Below, in pieces: positions 31,066-42,018 of a stretch of 64,000 nucleotides of DNA. Position 1 is the stretch's first letter, and each line of letters starts with the position of its first letter. Location: contig OZ250169.1 in NCBI GenBank assembly GCA_965237955.1, positions 3,872,001 through 3,936,000 on the forward strand. Direction: 5' to 3'. The notes below the pieces were generated by a model. That model saw nothing but the letters and a program-made list of their open reading frames with translations, made no database searches and was not told the origin of the DNA. The stretch is from Candidatus Marinacidobacterales bacterium. Its GTDB lineage: Bacteria > Acidobacteriota > Vicinamibacteria > Marinacidobacterales > SMYC01. The position numbers and the translations under genes are program-made.

Positions 31066-32766
31066 TTACCCAATGTTCCCCAAATCCAACTGCTTCGCGG
31101 CGTAATCGCACGCGCGCGCGGTGAGCGCCATGTAAGTGATGGACGGGTTCACGCACGCGGACGACGTCATGCACGCGCCATCGGTAACGAAGAGGTTCGG
31201 CACATCGTGCGCTTGATTGTGGCCGTTGAGCACCGACGTCTTCGGATCCCGTCCCATCCGTGCCGTTCCCATCTCGTGGATGACGAGCCCGGGCGTGTTG
31301 TCCTCAACGAAAGTCTCGATATCGGTCGCACCGGAAGCGTCCAGCACTTCGGCGGCGGACTTGGCCGCGTCTTTCATGAGCGCGCGCTCGTTCTCACCGT
31401 AAGTCATGTGGACCCGGATCGCGGGAACACCCCACTTGTCTTTGACCTCAGGATCGATCTCGACGTAGTTGCCCGCGCTCGGCAGGCACTCACCAAAACC
31501 AAGGAGGGTCAGCTTCCACGGTCCGTAGTCACGGAGCGCGTGTTTGAAGTCGGCGCCGAAGCCGGGCGTGTCGAGACCGTGCTCCCAGCGCTCGCGCGAG
31601 CCACGGCCCTGGTAGCCGTAGCCACGGAGAAACCCAGGGCTCTGGCTCTCGACGTTTTTGAATCGCGGGACGTAGATACCGTTCGGACGGCGTCCGTAGT
31701 ACGTCTTGTCTTCGTTGCCGGGAATAGTCCCCAAGGCGCCGCCGCCCATGACGTGATCCATCAAGTTCCGGCCCACCTCGCCCGACGAGTTGCCGAGGCC
31801 GTCGGAAAAACGCGCCGTCTTCGAGTTGAGCAGAATGCGCGCCGACTCTATCGCGGAGGCACAGAGAAAAACGACTTTCCCATAGACCTCGAAACTCTCG
31901 TGCGTCACGGCATCGATGACGCGGAACCCCTTGGCGCGATCGTTCACTTCGTCATAAATCACGCTGTGCACGACGCTATAGGGACGTAGCGTCAACCGTC
32001 CCGTCGCACGTGCGACCGGGAGCGTCGCGTTCAAGCTCGAGAAGTACGACCGCGTGATGCAGCCGCGATTGCACGGTCCGCAATAATGACAAGGCGCGCG
32101 TCCGTTGTGCGCTTCGGTGAGCACGGCGCAGCGGCCAATCGTGAGCATGCGCCCATCGGCGAACTTGCCTTTGAGCGCATCGCGAACGTGACGCTCCGCG
32201 CAATTGAGCTCCATCGGCGGCAGAAACTTACCGTCGGGAAGCTGAGGCAAGCCCTCTTTCTGACCGCTGATCCCAACGAACTCTTCGACGTAGTCGTACC
32301 ACGGTGCAATGTCTTCGTAACGGATGGGCCAATCGACGCCGACGCCATCTTTCGCGTTGGCTTCGAAGTCGAGGTCGCTCCAGCGATACGTCTGACGCCC
32401 CCACGTGATCGAGCGCCCTCCGACTTGACGCCCTCGAATCCAGTCGAACGGTTTGTCCTTGGGGAAGGTGTACGGGTTCTCGCGGTCGTTGACGAAAAAC
32501 TTGCTCGACCACTCGGTACACGCGTAGCAGTTCTTCTGTATAGGCTGGTCTCGAGACTGACGGGCGCGATTGCGAAACCCGCGGAACTTCAAATCCCAGG
32601 GCTGCACGTGCTCGACGTAGTCTTGGGCCGGGTTAACAGGCCGACCCGCTTCGAGAACGAGTGTTTCGAGTCCTCTTTCGGTGAGCTCCTTCGCGGCATA
32701 GCCGCCGGTGATGCCCGAGCCCACGACGATGGCGTCGTACTCTTTACGTTGCACGAGAGCGACCAC
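31066..32766 (-). CDS. GMC family oxidoreductase (glycoside 3-dehydrogenase-like flavoprotein)
   Basis: VVGSGITGG, VGGRSITWGRQ, CHYCGPC.RGC, IHEMGTARMG, NPSITYMALTAR. Confidence 0.92.
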   Translation of the reverse strand: MVALVQRKEYDAIVVGSGITGGYAAKELTERGLETLVLEAGRPVNPAQDYVEHVQPWDLKFRGFRNRARQSRDQPIQKNCYACTEWSSKFFVNDRENPYTFPKDKPFDWIRGRQVGGRSITWGRQTYRWSDLDFEANAKDGVGVDWPIRYEDIAPWYDYVEEFVGISGQKEGLPQLPDGKFLPPMELNCAERHVRDALKGKFADGRMLTIGRCAVLTEAHNGRAPCHYCGPCNRGCITRSYFSSLNATLPVARATGRLTLRPYSVVHSVIYDEVNDRAKGFRVIDAVTHESFEVYGKVVFLCASAIESARILLNSKTARFSDGLGNSSGEVGRNLMDHVMGGGALGTIPGNEDKTYYGRRPNGIYVPRFKNVESQSPGFLRGYGYQGRGSRERWEHGLDTPGFGADFKHALRDYGPWKLTLLGFGECLPSAGNYVEIDPEVKDKWGVPAIRVHMTYGENERALMKDAAKSAAEVLDASGATDIETFVEDNTPGLVIHEMGTARMGRDPKTSVLNGHNQAHDVPNLFVTDGACMTSSACVNPSITYMALTARACDYAAKQLDLGNIG

Positions 32767-32767
32767 G

Positions 32768-33373
32768 CTACACCTCGATCTTCCTGACGGGAGCGCAGCC
32801 GTCGTATGAGCCGGGGAAAACCTCGTGTTGAAGCTCCTGCTCCATGCCGACCTTGGACGTGTAGTAGCCGTAGAGCGTGAGCCATTTCATCACTGCGAAA
32901 AAAGGTTGCTCGGCCGGCGAGTCCGACGCCACCATCGGGCCGCCGATCTGTAGTCGTGGATTCTGGAGCTCGAGAGCTTCCTCTTCGAGCTTGCTCAGCG
33001 CGGCAACTTGCGCCGCTTCGTCGAGATCGACGAACCGCTGAGCGTCCGACCCGTTCATGTCGAGTCCGGCCAGACCGCGCTCGAAACTCGTGCGCTCATC
33101 CTCGCTGAACCAATCCGTTAGCATGACGTCGACGAACTCGTTCACCTTCGCCGCTTTCGCTCCCGGCGTATCGGTCTCGGGAATGATGAGCTCGGAGACG
33201 ACGATCACCGTCTCGTTCTGAAGCGGATCGAGGCTTTTGAAAATGTGGCGATCGATCTCGCCGAGATCTTGAAGTTGGGCGTGCGTCTCGCTCGCGAGCG
33301 CAAAGAGCTCGGTAGCAGAAAGCTGAGCCAGCGCCGCCACTCCCATCGATTTCAGAACCTGTCGTCGATCCAT
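32768..33373 (-). CDS. Gluconate 2-dehydrogenase subunit 3 family protein (Tat signal)
   Basis: MDRRQVLK, IIPETDTPGA, KWLTLYGYYTS.VG. Confidence 0.9.
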   Translation of the reverse strand: MDRRQVLKSMGVAALAQLSATELFALASETHAQLQDLGEIDRHIFKSLDPLQNETVIVVSELIIPETDTPGAKAAKVNEFVDVMLTDWFSEDERTSFERGLAGLDMNGSDAQRFVDLDEAAQVAALSKLEEEALELQNPRLQIGGPMVASDSPAEQPFFAVMKWLTLYGYYTSKVGMEQELQHEVFPGSYDGCAPVRKIEV

Positions 33374-33436
33374 GGCTACCTCACTGCCTGACTTGGAATG
33401 CGAAGATATCACACAAGCCCACTCGGAAGCCGACTG

Positions 33437-34193
33437 ATGTACTATTCCGCTACGATACGCCCCATGCTTTGGTTCCTGCTCTGCGCGATGCTCGCGCCGC
33501 CAACAGAAAGCCTTTCGGTGTTGATCTACAGCAAAACCGCGCCCTACTACGGGCGGGACTTCGAATACCGCCACGAGGCCATCCCCGAAGCGACGGCGGC
33601 GATCCGGGCTATCGGCGAGCGCGAGGGATGGATCGTCGAGGCGACCGAAGACGCCTCTCGATTCAACGACGAGACGCTCGCGCGCTTCGACGTGGTTGTC
33701 TTTCTGTTGACGACGGGCGATGTTCTGGGCGTCAAGGAGGAGGCAGCGTTCGAGCGATTCATCCGCTCGGGTAAGGGCTACGTCGGCATCCACTCGGCCT
33801 CCGACACCGAGCACGCATGGCCGTGGTACGGGGAGCTCGTGGGCGCTTACTTCAAAGACCACCCGTCGGTTCGAGAAGCAACCTACACCGTCGAAGACCG
33901 CTCGCACCCTGCGTCGAAGGACCTGCCCAAACGGTGGACGCGCACTGACGAGCACTATAATTTCCATACGAACCCGCGCCCAAACGTCCACGTCTTGATG
34001 GCGCTCGATGAGTCGAGCTACGACGTCGGCGACAGCGCCATGGGGAGACCACCCGATCGCGTGGTATCACGACTACGACGGCGGGCGAGCATTCTACACG
34101 GCGCTCGGTCACGTGAAAGACTCCTACGACGATCCTTTGGTCCTTGGCCACCTCGAAGGCGGAATCGCCTGGGCGGGCTCGAAGGAGCCGTAG
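33437..34193 (+). pseudogene. ThuA-domain protein, frameshift near 34047
   Basis: YRHEAI, GKGYVGIHSASD, DEHYNF; C-terminus DHPIAW...GRAFYTALGH in another frame. Confidence 0.8.
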
Positions 34194-34449
34194 GGCTACC
34201 CTCGTATGTGATAGCTTCTGTTCTTGGCGCAAGGAGGAAGGCCGTGATATTCTCGGCCACGTGGTCAATCTCTACTCCACCAAGACTGCGCTCATCGATG
34301 GCGAAGTAGAGCTCACCTACGCGCGGGCGCACGAGCGTGTTCACCGTCGTGATTTCGAAGAGCGAAAGGCAGGTTATCCCTTCGTCACGTTGCTACCCGC
34401 CGATCGCAAGGCGCCGAAATCGATTCGATAGCAAAAAAAGGAGAAACTC

Positions 34450-35664
34450 ATGAGCTCACTCGACCGCCGCACTTTCTTGAAGACCACCGCGGCTAGTCTC
34501 GCGGTTGTGCCTGCGAGCCGGGCGCTGGCAGCGCCCTCCGACGACGACCCTCTGGGTGTGCGCCACGACTTCCCAGTCACCGACACGCTTACCTACCTCA
34601 ACACTGCCGCCCGCGGACCTTTTTCGAGAGCGGTGAGGGATGCCACCGTCGCTTATGCGGACGTGAAGATGCGCACGGGTTTCGCCGCCCGCAGGGACCA
34701 GATTCGAGAGGAGGCGCGCGAGCGGTTTGCCGCGCTATTCGGCGCCAAGCCCGAAGAGATCGCCATTCTCTACTCCACGAGCGACGGTGAGAACATCGTC
34801 GCCAGCGCTCTCGACCTCGGAGCTGGCGACAACGTCGTCATCGACGAGCTCCACTTCGTGACGAGCTTCGTCCTGTACCGAGAACTCGAGAAAGAGAAAG
34901 GCATCGAGCTCCGTATCGTGCCTCAGCGAAACGGTCGCTCGGACATGGAGGATTTCGACGCCCGCATCGATGGCAAAACGAAGCTCGTGTCGGTGGCGTG
35001 GGTCTCGAATCGTAACGGCTTTCGCGAGGACGTGCGAGGCCTGGCGGAGTTGGCGCACCGCAAGGGCGCTTTCCTCTACGCCGACAGCGTCCAGGCCATC
35101 GGAAACTTCCCCACCAGCCTCACCGAGGAGGGCGTCGACTTCGCCACCACCAACGCGAACAAGTGGCTGTTCGCGAGCTACGGCGCCGCGCCTTTCTTCG
35201 TCCGTGAGGAGCTCCTCGATCGGATCCACCCGGACCGCTACGGTCACGGGCAGACCAAGGAGTCGCTCGACAACTACCACTACCAACTGCGAACGACGGC
35301 GAGCAAGTACGAGTACGCGGCCCCCGCGTACAACATCGTCTATCAGCTGAACGCGGGCCTCGGGTACTTGAAAGAAGTCGGCCTCCACCGCATCGAAAAG
35401 CACACCGTGGCGCTCGCCCACGAGCTAAGAGACGGGCTTGCGAGTCTCGGATTCGACATCTGGACGCCTCCCAAGAACAACTCCCCTATCGTCAGCTTCG
35501 CTCACGGACGAGAGACTGACGAAATGAAGAAGCTCTTCGACAAGGAGGGCATCGTCGTCACCTTCCGCGAGAAGGAGGGTTCGGTGATTCGGTCGTCGGT
35601 CTCGCTGTTCAACAACCGAGCGGATATTCAGAAGCTGCTGAAGGTGCTGGAGACGATCGCTTAG
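34450..35664 (+). CDS. Aminotransferase class V-fold PLP enzyme with Tat signal
   Basis: RRTFLK, YLNTAA.GP, DSVQAIG, ANKWL. Confidence 0.88.
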   Translation: MSSLDRRTFLKTTAASLAVVPASRALAAPSDDDPLGVRHDFPVTDTLTYLNTAARGPFSRAVRDATVAYADVKMRTGFAARRDQIREEARERFAALFGAKPEEIAILYSTSDGENIVASALDLGAGDNVVIDELHFVTSFVLYRELEKEKGIELRIVPQRNGRSDMEDFDARIDGKTKLVSVAWVSNRNGFREDVRGLAELAHRKGAFLYADSVQAIGNFPTSLTEEGVDFATTNANKWLFASYGAAPFFVREELLDRIHPDRYGHGQTKESLDNYHYQLRTTASKYEYAAPAYNIVYQLNAGLGYLKEVGLHRIEKHTVALAHELRDGLASLGFDIWTPPKNNSPIVSFAHGRETDEMKKLFDKEGIVVTFREKEGSVIRSSVSLFNNRADIQKLLKVLETIA

Positions 35665-36072
35665 TGGTGCTTCCGCCATCAAGTGATGGAATGGACTCGC
35701 TGGCATGGCTTCGTTTCACCAGCCTGGACGGTGCGGTACTCGGCGATAGCGCTCGAACAATAGCGGCGGCCGAGGTTTTGCAGCGATGCAAAGAGGAATA
35801 CTCGTGATTCGGGGACGAGTTTAGCGCGGCACTCGCCGGTCGCAACTGTCCGCCTTTTGTCCGTGTTCCCTATCCAACCGCACCCGACTAGCACCATGCG
35901 AAAGGCGCGTGTAGACGTCGAAAGGGTGTGGTTCATAGGGTTGAGTGGGGACCGGTGGGGGGGCGTGATGTACCACCCACCCAAAGAAATATCTCAGCAA
36001 GAGACTCGCGTGGATGTGTCCCCCTCGGAGTCGCTGCCCGGATCTGCCCCGAAGCGGACCAGAACGCCCTGC

Positions 36073-38496
36073 TCAGAAGGCCGTGAACCCGAGCCAGACA
36101 CCCCAAGCGATGAGCAGCAAGCCCGTTACTCTTCCGACCGCGACGCCAGCGAGCATCACCTTCTCCTTGAGAACGAACAACGCCAGGCCAACTATCCAAA
36201 TTAGGTTCATTACGCCCCCATAGAACAGGAGAGCCATTAGAAACCAACAACACCCGAGACAGAACACACCATGCTCAATGCCCATCCTGAATGCCCCCCC
36301 GACCCCGGGCCACCAATGCGTAGACAGAAAGCTAATCGGGGACCTGCAATGGCGCAGGCATACTGTTTTTAGTGGGGTTAGTTGCCAGACACCGGCCGCT
36401 AGCAACAAACCCGAACCCAAGAGGTTGCTTGTCGACATCATCATGGCGGATAGAAGTTCTCCGCGCTCGAGCCCCCATTGCGCAATTACCGCAACCAGAC
36501 TGAACGCTCCCCAGATAGCCAAATAGCCGGCGATGAACGCTGTCGTGGTCGAATGAAGTCGGTGTGGACCGGAGGTTGGCCTCGCGTTTTCATTACGCTC
36601 CAGTCCCTTTCGGGTTACCGCAGCGTGCAAAAGCACCATAGGCGCTGCGCTCGGCAGCATCATTGCAATCATCATGAGCCACCACATCGAAAACATGAGA
36701 AGCGCATAGCCGGGCGTCCACGTGACCGGTGACATCAACAGAGGATGTCAAGGAATTAGTTGAAACCATCATAAGCGACTCGTGGTCATTTCCAGCTCTA
36801 CGCCCCTGACCTTACGCGGCCTCAGGCATCTCGTCCTCTCGTTGGATCGCATCGATGGCCGCAACCACTACGTCGATGGATGCGTGCCCCTTGACTCGTC
36901 TGAACTGTTGTTCGCAGTGCAGCAGCACAGCGGCGAGCCATCGCTGGCGCATTTTGCTGTTACGGTAGCGTTTGATGTTGCGCTCGCAACTACGAACCAT
37001 GGAGAACATACTCTCTATAGGATTCGTCGAGTGCAGGCTCTGGCGCAGTAGAGCGGGGACCTTCAACTTGTGGAGCATCAGCACCTCCTCGAGTGCCTCG
37101 AGGAGTGAGTCTGCCGCCGACTCGTTGATGTCGCGAAGCCAGCGCTCGAACTCCTGCAACATCTTCTTCGCGTCCTTGTAGCTGTTCTGCTCCAAGGCAG
37201 TCGCGAAGAGGTGGTGTACCTGCTTGCGGTAGCGTTTGGGCAGGTGGCGCTGGATGTTGCGGTCTTTGTGCAAAGTACACCGCTGGTGGATGAGCTTCTT
37301 GCCGTATCGGTCTTTGAGCGCCTTGATGATCCCCCCGCCACCATCGGTTACCCAGAGGATCCGTTTGGAGAGCTTTAACCCCCGTCGCTCCAACTCTTCC
37401 AGCAATTCCTCGCAGATCTCGTGGTTCTCCGTCGCCCCTTCCCAGAAGCCCAGGGGGAGCTTTTTCCCTTCACGGTCCACGCCGAGCGCGACCACGAACG
37501 CCTGACCGCCGCGGTGGACCGTGTCTAGGTACATCGCGAAGAGCGGAAACTCTTCGAGACTGCGCTCCTGGAACTGCTTCAGCTGCTTCGCCGTCGCCTC
37601 GACCAGATGGCGGGACACCGAGCTCGGCGTCACACCGAAAGCCTTGCCTGCCGCCGTCACCGTCTCTTCGTACTTGCGAGCAGACATTCCCCGAAGCACC
37701 TCCGACAGGAGTTCCTCCGAAAAGCCCCCGCGATTCTTGAGCTGCTCGTAGGTTCTCAGCCCGACCTCACCCTCCGGGCCCCGCAATCGAGGGTGCTCGA
37801 CAGGGAGCTTCTGGTCACCGACATAGATCGACCCACGTTGACTCGCCCATTTGCGAAGCCCGGACGACGTAGGATGGTAGTCTGGCCCAGATCTCTCTTC
37901 GCGCTCCATGTACATGAGCGTCTCAGCTACCAGGCGTCCGACATCGAGCATCGCGGCGTCCAGCGCTCGCTTGCCCTCCAGCATCACATGCACAACTTGA
38001 TCCGCCCACCACTCTTGCTCCTGCGTCGCCCTCAGCATCTGTGTTGCATTCTTTCTCTTCTTCGTATCTGCTCTCACCGGGTGGCTCCTTTCTTTTTGAT
38101 CGCCAGCTTTGACACCGACGATCTTGAAGGGAGTCACTCACCGATTTCAACTAGATTCAGGATATCCTCCATCAACATGTCTGCGGTGCTCGAGCGGCCG
38201 TTCGACGCCGTCATCGTCTCGTGGCCGGGCATGCTGGCCATGCTCGGTATCGATGAGTCCATACTCATTTGGGAAGGAATAAGTACGGCCATCTCGTGGG
38301 GATACATGCCGGTGCCCGCCCCGGCTAAGAGATACAGCCAACATGCTGTAATGACAGTCACGAGAACGCACGTCACTACTTGCCGGTCTCGACGAAGGCC
38401 CGCCTCAAGAACGTCAGAAGAATTCACGGGATAACGCTTCGTCTTGGTTAGAAAAAACCCGACGTAGTGTCGGGCTTTCTCCATAGCGCTCGTCAC
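36073..38496 (-). pseudogene. DUF2182 metal-binding membrane protein split by IS256
   Basis: MWWLMMIAMMLPS, TPLK..CL.HCRSP, CLGCCW.LM; N-terminal part lies beyond the IS; start uncertain. Confidence 0.85.
36741..38169 (-). mobile_element. IS256 family element; transposase ORF 36812-38137
   Basis: Imperfect TIRs GAGGAT.TC...TAGTTGAAA; 8-bp TSD CATCAACA; VTDG, QRC.LHK.RN, STNPIES. Confidence 0.95.
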
Positions 38497-38584
38497 AAAT
38501 TAAGCTGGTTTACGGCCTAAGGCTTTCTCTTCGATGACGAACTCACCGTTCTGCCCCACTGCCGTCATTCACGGGAGCGCGGAC

Positions 38585-39253
38585 TCATACGCCAAGCCAT
38601 GCTGTGAGCCTTGATCTTTCGCGGACCAAGCCATCCTGATTGAAGTGGTGAACACAATAATGCGCCCATGAATCTTCGAACGCCATCTCCATATCACCCG
38701 TCACCGAGGTCGTGCCTAGTCCGATCTCTGCGTAGGTAAACTCGAAACTGCCACTAGGGCGTGCCAACGCAATGTGGAACGGTTGACCATTAAACTCGTT
38801 GATTATCGGTCTGCCGCTGCTTCTCATGATGCCCGGTATATCAACCCTTGCGGTTCTGAGTTCCAAGTTCGCTTCGAGACCAATCGGCAGGAACAATGTC
38901 TCGCAAAATTCCGAGCATGTGGCCGCGAATACGGAGAAAAGATTGCTCAATGGTTCGCATGCGCCGCCCGAGATAATTGTTTCAAGTGCAGCCCGTTGAG
39001 CTTCATCCGCGCGTTCTTCGATAACGATCTGGCGTTTTCCGTTTCCCTCCCCGATTTCCCCAGGCCACTTGTACAGCCCCGCCCAATTCAGCCCCGCGAG
39101 CGGCGTATCGTTGAAATGGCCTTCAACGATGTTACCGACGAAGGCCGACTGACAATAGCCGTGGGTGCTCGGCAAGTTGAACTGGCAACCGCAATTCACA
39201 GCGCAATTGCAGTTATCATAAGTTTCGCTCTTGAATAGCCATTGATCAGCCAT
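38585..39253 (-). CDS. DUF1326 domain-containing protein
   Basis: NCNCAVNCGC, PSTHGYC, WPG...EGNG, ERAD..QR.AL; adjacent to DUF2182. Confidence 0.88.
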   Translation of the reverse strand: MADQWLFKSETYDNCNCAVNCGCQFNLPSTHGYCQSAFVGNIVEGHFNDTPLAGLNWAGLYKWPGEIGEGNGKRQIVIEERADEAQRAALETIISGGACEPLSNLFSVFAATCSEFCETLFLPIGLEANLELRTARVDIPGIMRSSGRPIINEFNGQPFHIALARPSGSFEFTYAEIGLGTTSVTGDMEMAFEDSWAHYCVHHFNQDGLVRERSRLTAWLGV

Positions 39254-39479
39254 CTCGCCGAGCCTCCACTAGTCCGTCATTCAGTGTACCTCTGAAAGCA
39301 TATGCTGGGGCGTCACCGCTGTCTAGAACGACTTGAACTTAGAGAATTAGATCCAGCACGCTGCTTGGAAACGGGTGGAATTGCGCCCGACGGGTGCGGA
39401 AGGAGGTTGCAGGTGGGCGCGGGTATGCGGAAGAAGCAGCCGCTGGGGAAGTGAGCCTAGGACAGGCTGTCACCCTTTG

Positions 39480-39806
39480 TCAGTCGCAGCCGCTAGCGAT
39501 GATCAGGGCGCGGCAAACTCTCGCCATTTTCTCCGCCGTCACAGAACCCACGAAGCGAACGAGCTCGTGTTGTGTGACGGTGAAAACGTTGCACAGATTC
39601 ACGCACGACGGCTTCTTCAGTCCTTCGTCCACACCGACTTCAACTTCTGTCGGTGCGCCGCGCAGTGTCGACGTGACCGCCACCACCGTAACGGTGTGTA
39701 GAGCCCGAATGAGCGACGGGCGGCTCAGGAGAAGAACAGGACGACGTTTGTCTGGCTTGGGACGATCCAGAAGCCAGAGTTCGCCTCGGTTCAGTCCTCG
39801 GGCCAT
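39480..39806 (-). CDS. PemK/MazF family toxin
   Basis: RGELW, DKRRPVL, VTST.RG.P.EV, GL..PS.VN. Confidence 0.9.
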   Translation of the reverse strand: MARGLNRGELWLLDRPKPDKRRPVLLLSRPSLIRALHTVTVVAVTSTLRGAPTEVEVGVDEGLKKPSCVNLCNVFTVTQHELVRFVGSVTAEKMARVCRALIIASGCD

Positions 39807-40033
39807 GCCTGAGTGCCCACAAGATCCGCAACCTCGTCGAGCATCTTGTCCGCGCAACCCTCATAGGCGCGGCTGAGCTCGTCATCGATCTCGTGGCGTC
39901 TCTTGGCCTTAAGATAGAGCTGGATGGCCGAACGAATAAAAGCCGACCGGCCGCGCTCCTGGACTTCCGGCTCCCGGTCGATTCGCTTCAGAAGGTCTTG
40001 ATCCATAGACACCTGGATCGCTTGCATCGACAT
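39791..40033 (-). CDS. Ribbon-helix-helix antitoxin
   Basis: IQVSMD..LL..ID...GRSAFIRSA; overlaps the toxin start. Confidence 0.85.
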   Translation of the reverse strand: MSMQAIQVSMDQDLLKRIDREPEVQERGRSAFIRSAIQLYLKAKRRHEIDDELSRAYEGCADKMLDEVADLVGTQAWPED

Positions 40034-40039
40034 AATGGT

Positions 40040-40061
40040 ATTATACTACATATCTATGTGG
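40040..40061 (-). promoter_or_regulatory. TA operon -10 box and palindromic operator
   Basis: Perfect TATAAT at 40040-45, 6 nt before ATG 40033; ACATA-TC-TATGT palindrome just upstream. Confidence 0.6.
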
Positions 40062-40162
40062 TGACTTATGTTGGGTGGTCCGACTCCGAACCTGTCGAGT
40101 AGCCTGGACGTTGCCTGCCCGCCGGACCCGCTAGTAATGAAACTCGTGGTGTCCACACCCAA

Positions 40163-41884
40163 TCAGGGACTCTTGCACACCATGTTCAAAACGGCCTGAC
40201 GTCCCTCATTGCGGACCGCTCGGAGCGCCCGCTCCAGCGCGGGGCGGACCTCCTCCGGTCGCGCGACTCGCTCGGCGTACCCACCACTTGCCTTGACAAG
40301 CAGCTCAAAGTGCGGAGACGGCTCGAGGGTGCTGAGAGGCACCTGGTCGAGTCTGCGCGTCCAACTTTCTGGATACATCCTCGAGTTCGCTTCCTGAACC
40401 GCACCCCATGCTTTATTGTTGAAAATGATGGTGAGGACCGGTAGCGCGTAAGCGTGGGACACAAAGTGACATGGGATTGGATTACCAAACATGTAAGCTC
40501 CATCACCCACAGTCGCGATCACGAGGCGCTCTGGCGCGGCGAGCTTCGCGCCCAGTGCCGCGCCGAGTCCCCATCCGAGACCGCTCGCCGAGGAGCTGCC
40601 AAAGAAGGTTCCAGGCGTTGTCAGCTCGACCTGGGTGGTCACAAGATCGTACTCATTCACGATTATCGTGTCATCATCCTTGACGTCGTCGATACATCGT
40701 GAAATCCACTGCGGGTCGAGCGGACTGTCGTCGCGAGCGCGCTCCGAGGCCGCGCGCCACTCGTCGCGTTGGCTATCGTGAAGACTCTTCAACCGCTGAA
40801 ACCTCTCTTCGACTCGACGTCGTAGAGTCTCCCGATGGGGAGTGAGGGCGTCGGCCAACAGTTGTAGTGTCACCGCGGGATCGGCCTGGATCAGAATGTC
40901 GCTCGGGAAGCTTCGCATGGGGTATCGCGCGTAGAGTGGGTCGACTCCGATGTGGATCACTTTGCCGCGCACCGGTGGGTCGTTGTCACACGGCAACCAC
41001 GGGACGTCGCTTTCGATCGCGACGATCACATCGGCTTCGTTCACGAACGGCTCGGTCGAGAAACCCAGATGGAGCGGATGCGTCGTGGGAAAACACATCG
41101 CCCGGCGGTTGAACTCGATCACCGGGATGGCAAGGCTCTCGGCAACCTTCACCAGGTTGGGTACGCAGCGCGGATCGCGGCCCGACATGGTGGTGACGAT
41201 CAATGGATGGTCGGCCGCTACCAAGGCCGACGCTGCGGCTTCGATTGCCTGTGGATCCGGGTGCAAGCGATGGCCGGTGTGACGTCTCGGTGGGGAGCTC
41301 ATGACGAGCTCGGTTTGCGGTTCGCTCAAGACCTCTCGGGGCAACGTCAAGTACACCGGGCCGCGGGGCTCGACCATCGCGATCTCGAGGGCTCGGTCCA
41401 CGACCTGTTCGAGTTGTGAGAACTGGCGCAGCTCGTAGTCCCACTTCACGTACTCCCGGACCATGGCCGCTTGATCGAAGGTCTCCTGAGCCCAATGAAT
41501 GTAGAGATTACGTGAGCCAGGAGCCCCGGCTTCGGTAATGGGTGTCCGACCGGCGGTAAAGAGAATGGGCACGCGGTCGCGTGAGGCGTTGATGATCCCG
41601 TTGAGTGCATTCGCCGTACCGACGTTGACGTGCACCATGACCGCCTGTGGCTCACCAGTGATCATGTAGTAGCCATACGCCATCGCCACTGCAGCGTTCT
41701 CGTGAGGAACCGTGATCGGGATCGGCGCATCACGCGCCTCGACGGCAGAACGCGCGAACGCCTCGATAATGGGCGCAAAATCGGTGCCTGCGTTGCCGAA
41801 GAAATACTTGATCCCACGGTCCCGCAATAATGCGAGATAGGATTGCGCCGTCGTTTCGACGTCGATCCGTTTCTCGGGCACCAC
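40163..41884 (-). CDS. Thiamine pyrophosphate-requiring enzyme (acetolactate synthase-like)
   Basis: FGNAGTDF, PHENAAV, HVNVGTAN, GDGAY...FNN. Confidence 0.9.
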   Translation of the reverse strand: MVPEKRIDVETTAQSYLALLRDRGIKYFFGNAGTDFAPIIEAFARSAVEARDAPIPITVPHENAAVAMAYGYYMITGEPQAVMVHVNVGTANALNGIINASRDRVPILFTAGRTPITEAGAPGSRNLYIHWAQETFDQAAMVREYVKWDYELRQFSQLEQVVDRALEIAMVEPRGPVYLTLPREVLSEPQTELVMSSPPRRHTGHRLHPDPQAIEAAASALVAADHPLIVTTMSGRDPRCVPNLVKVAESLAIPVIEFNRRAMCFPTTHPLHLGFSTEPFVNEADVIVAIESDVPWLPCDNDPPVRGKVIHIGVDPLYARYPMRSFPSDILIQADPAVTLQLLADALTPHRETLRRRVEERFQRLKSLHDSQRDEWRAASERARDDSPLDPQWISRCIDDVKDDDTIIVNEYDLVTTQVELTTPGTFFGSSSASGLGWGLGAALGAKLAAPERLVIATVGDGAYMFGNPIPCHFVSHAYALPVLTIIFNNKAWGAVQEANSRMYPESWTRRLDQVPLSTLEPSPHFELLVKASGGYAERVARPEEVRPALERALRAVRNEGRQAVLNMVCKSP

Positions 41885-42018
41885 CTCACTCCGTGGGCGC
41901 CGGTCCGCGCCGGCCTGCAGTAAGCTCATATTACCATTCACTCGTGGGGCTGGTTGCTGGGGTAATGGATCTGATTTATGCTCTCGACAGCTTGGGAGAA
42001 GAGCCTGTTCACAAGGGC

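Noticed and set aside
32768-33991. 407-aa fusion ORF
   Set aside because: The N-terminal half is antisense to the ThuA gene; the real start is the Tat-signal Met at 33373
39420-39450. GGAAGAAGCAGCC as SRP RNA
   Set aside because: Core motif incomplete and no flanking long hairpin
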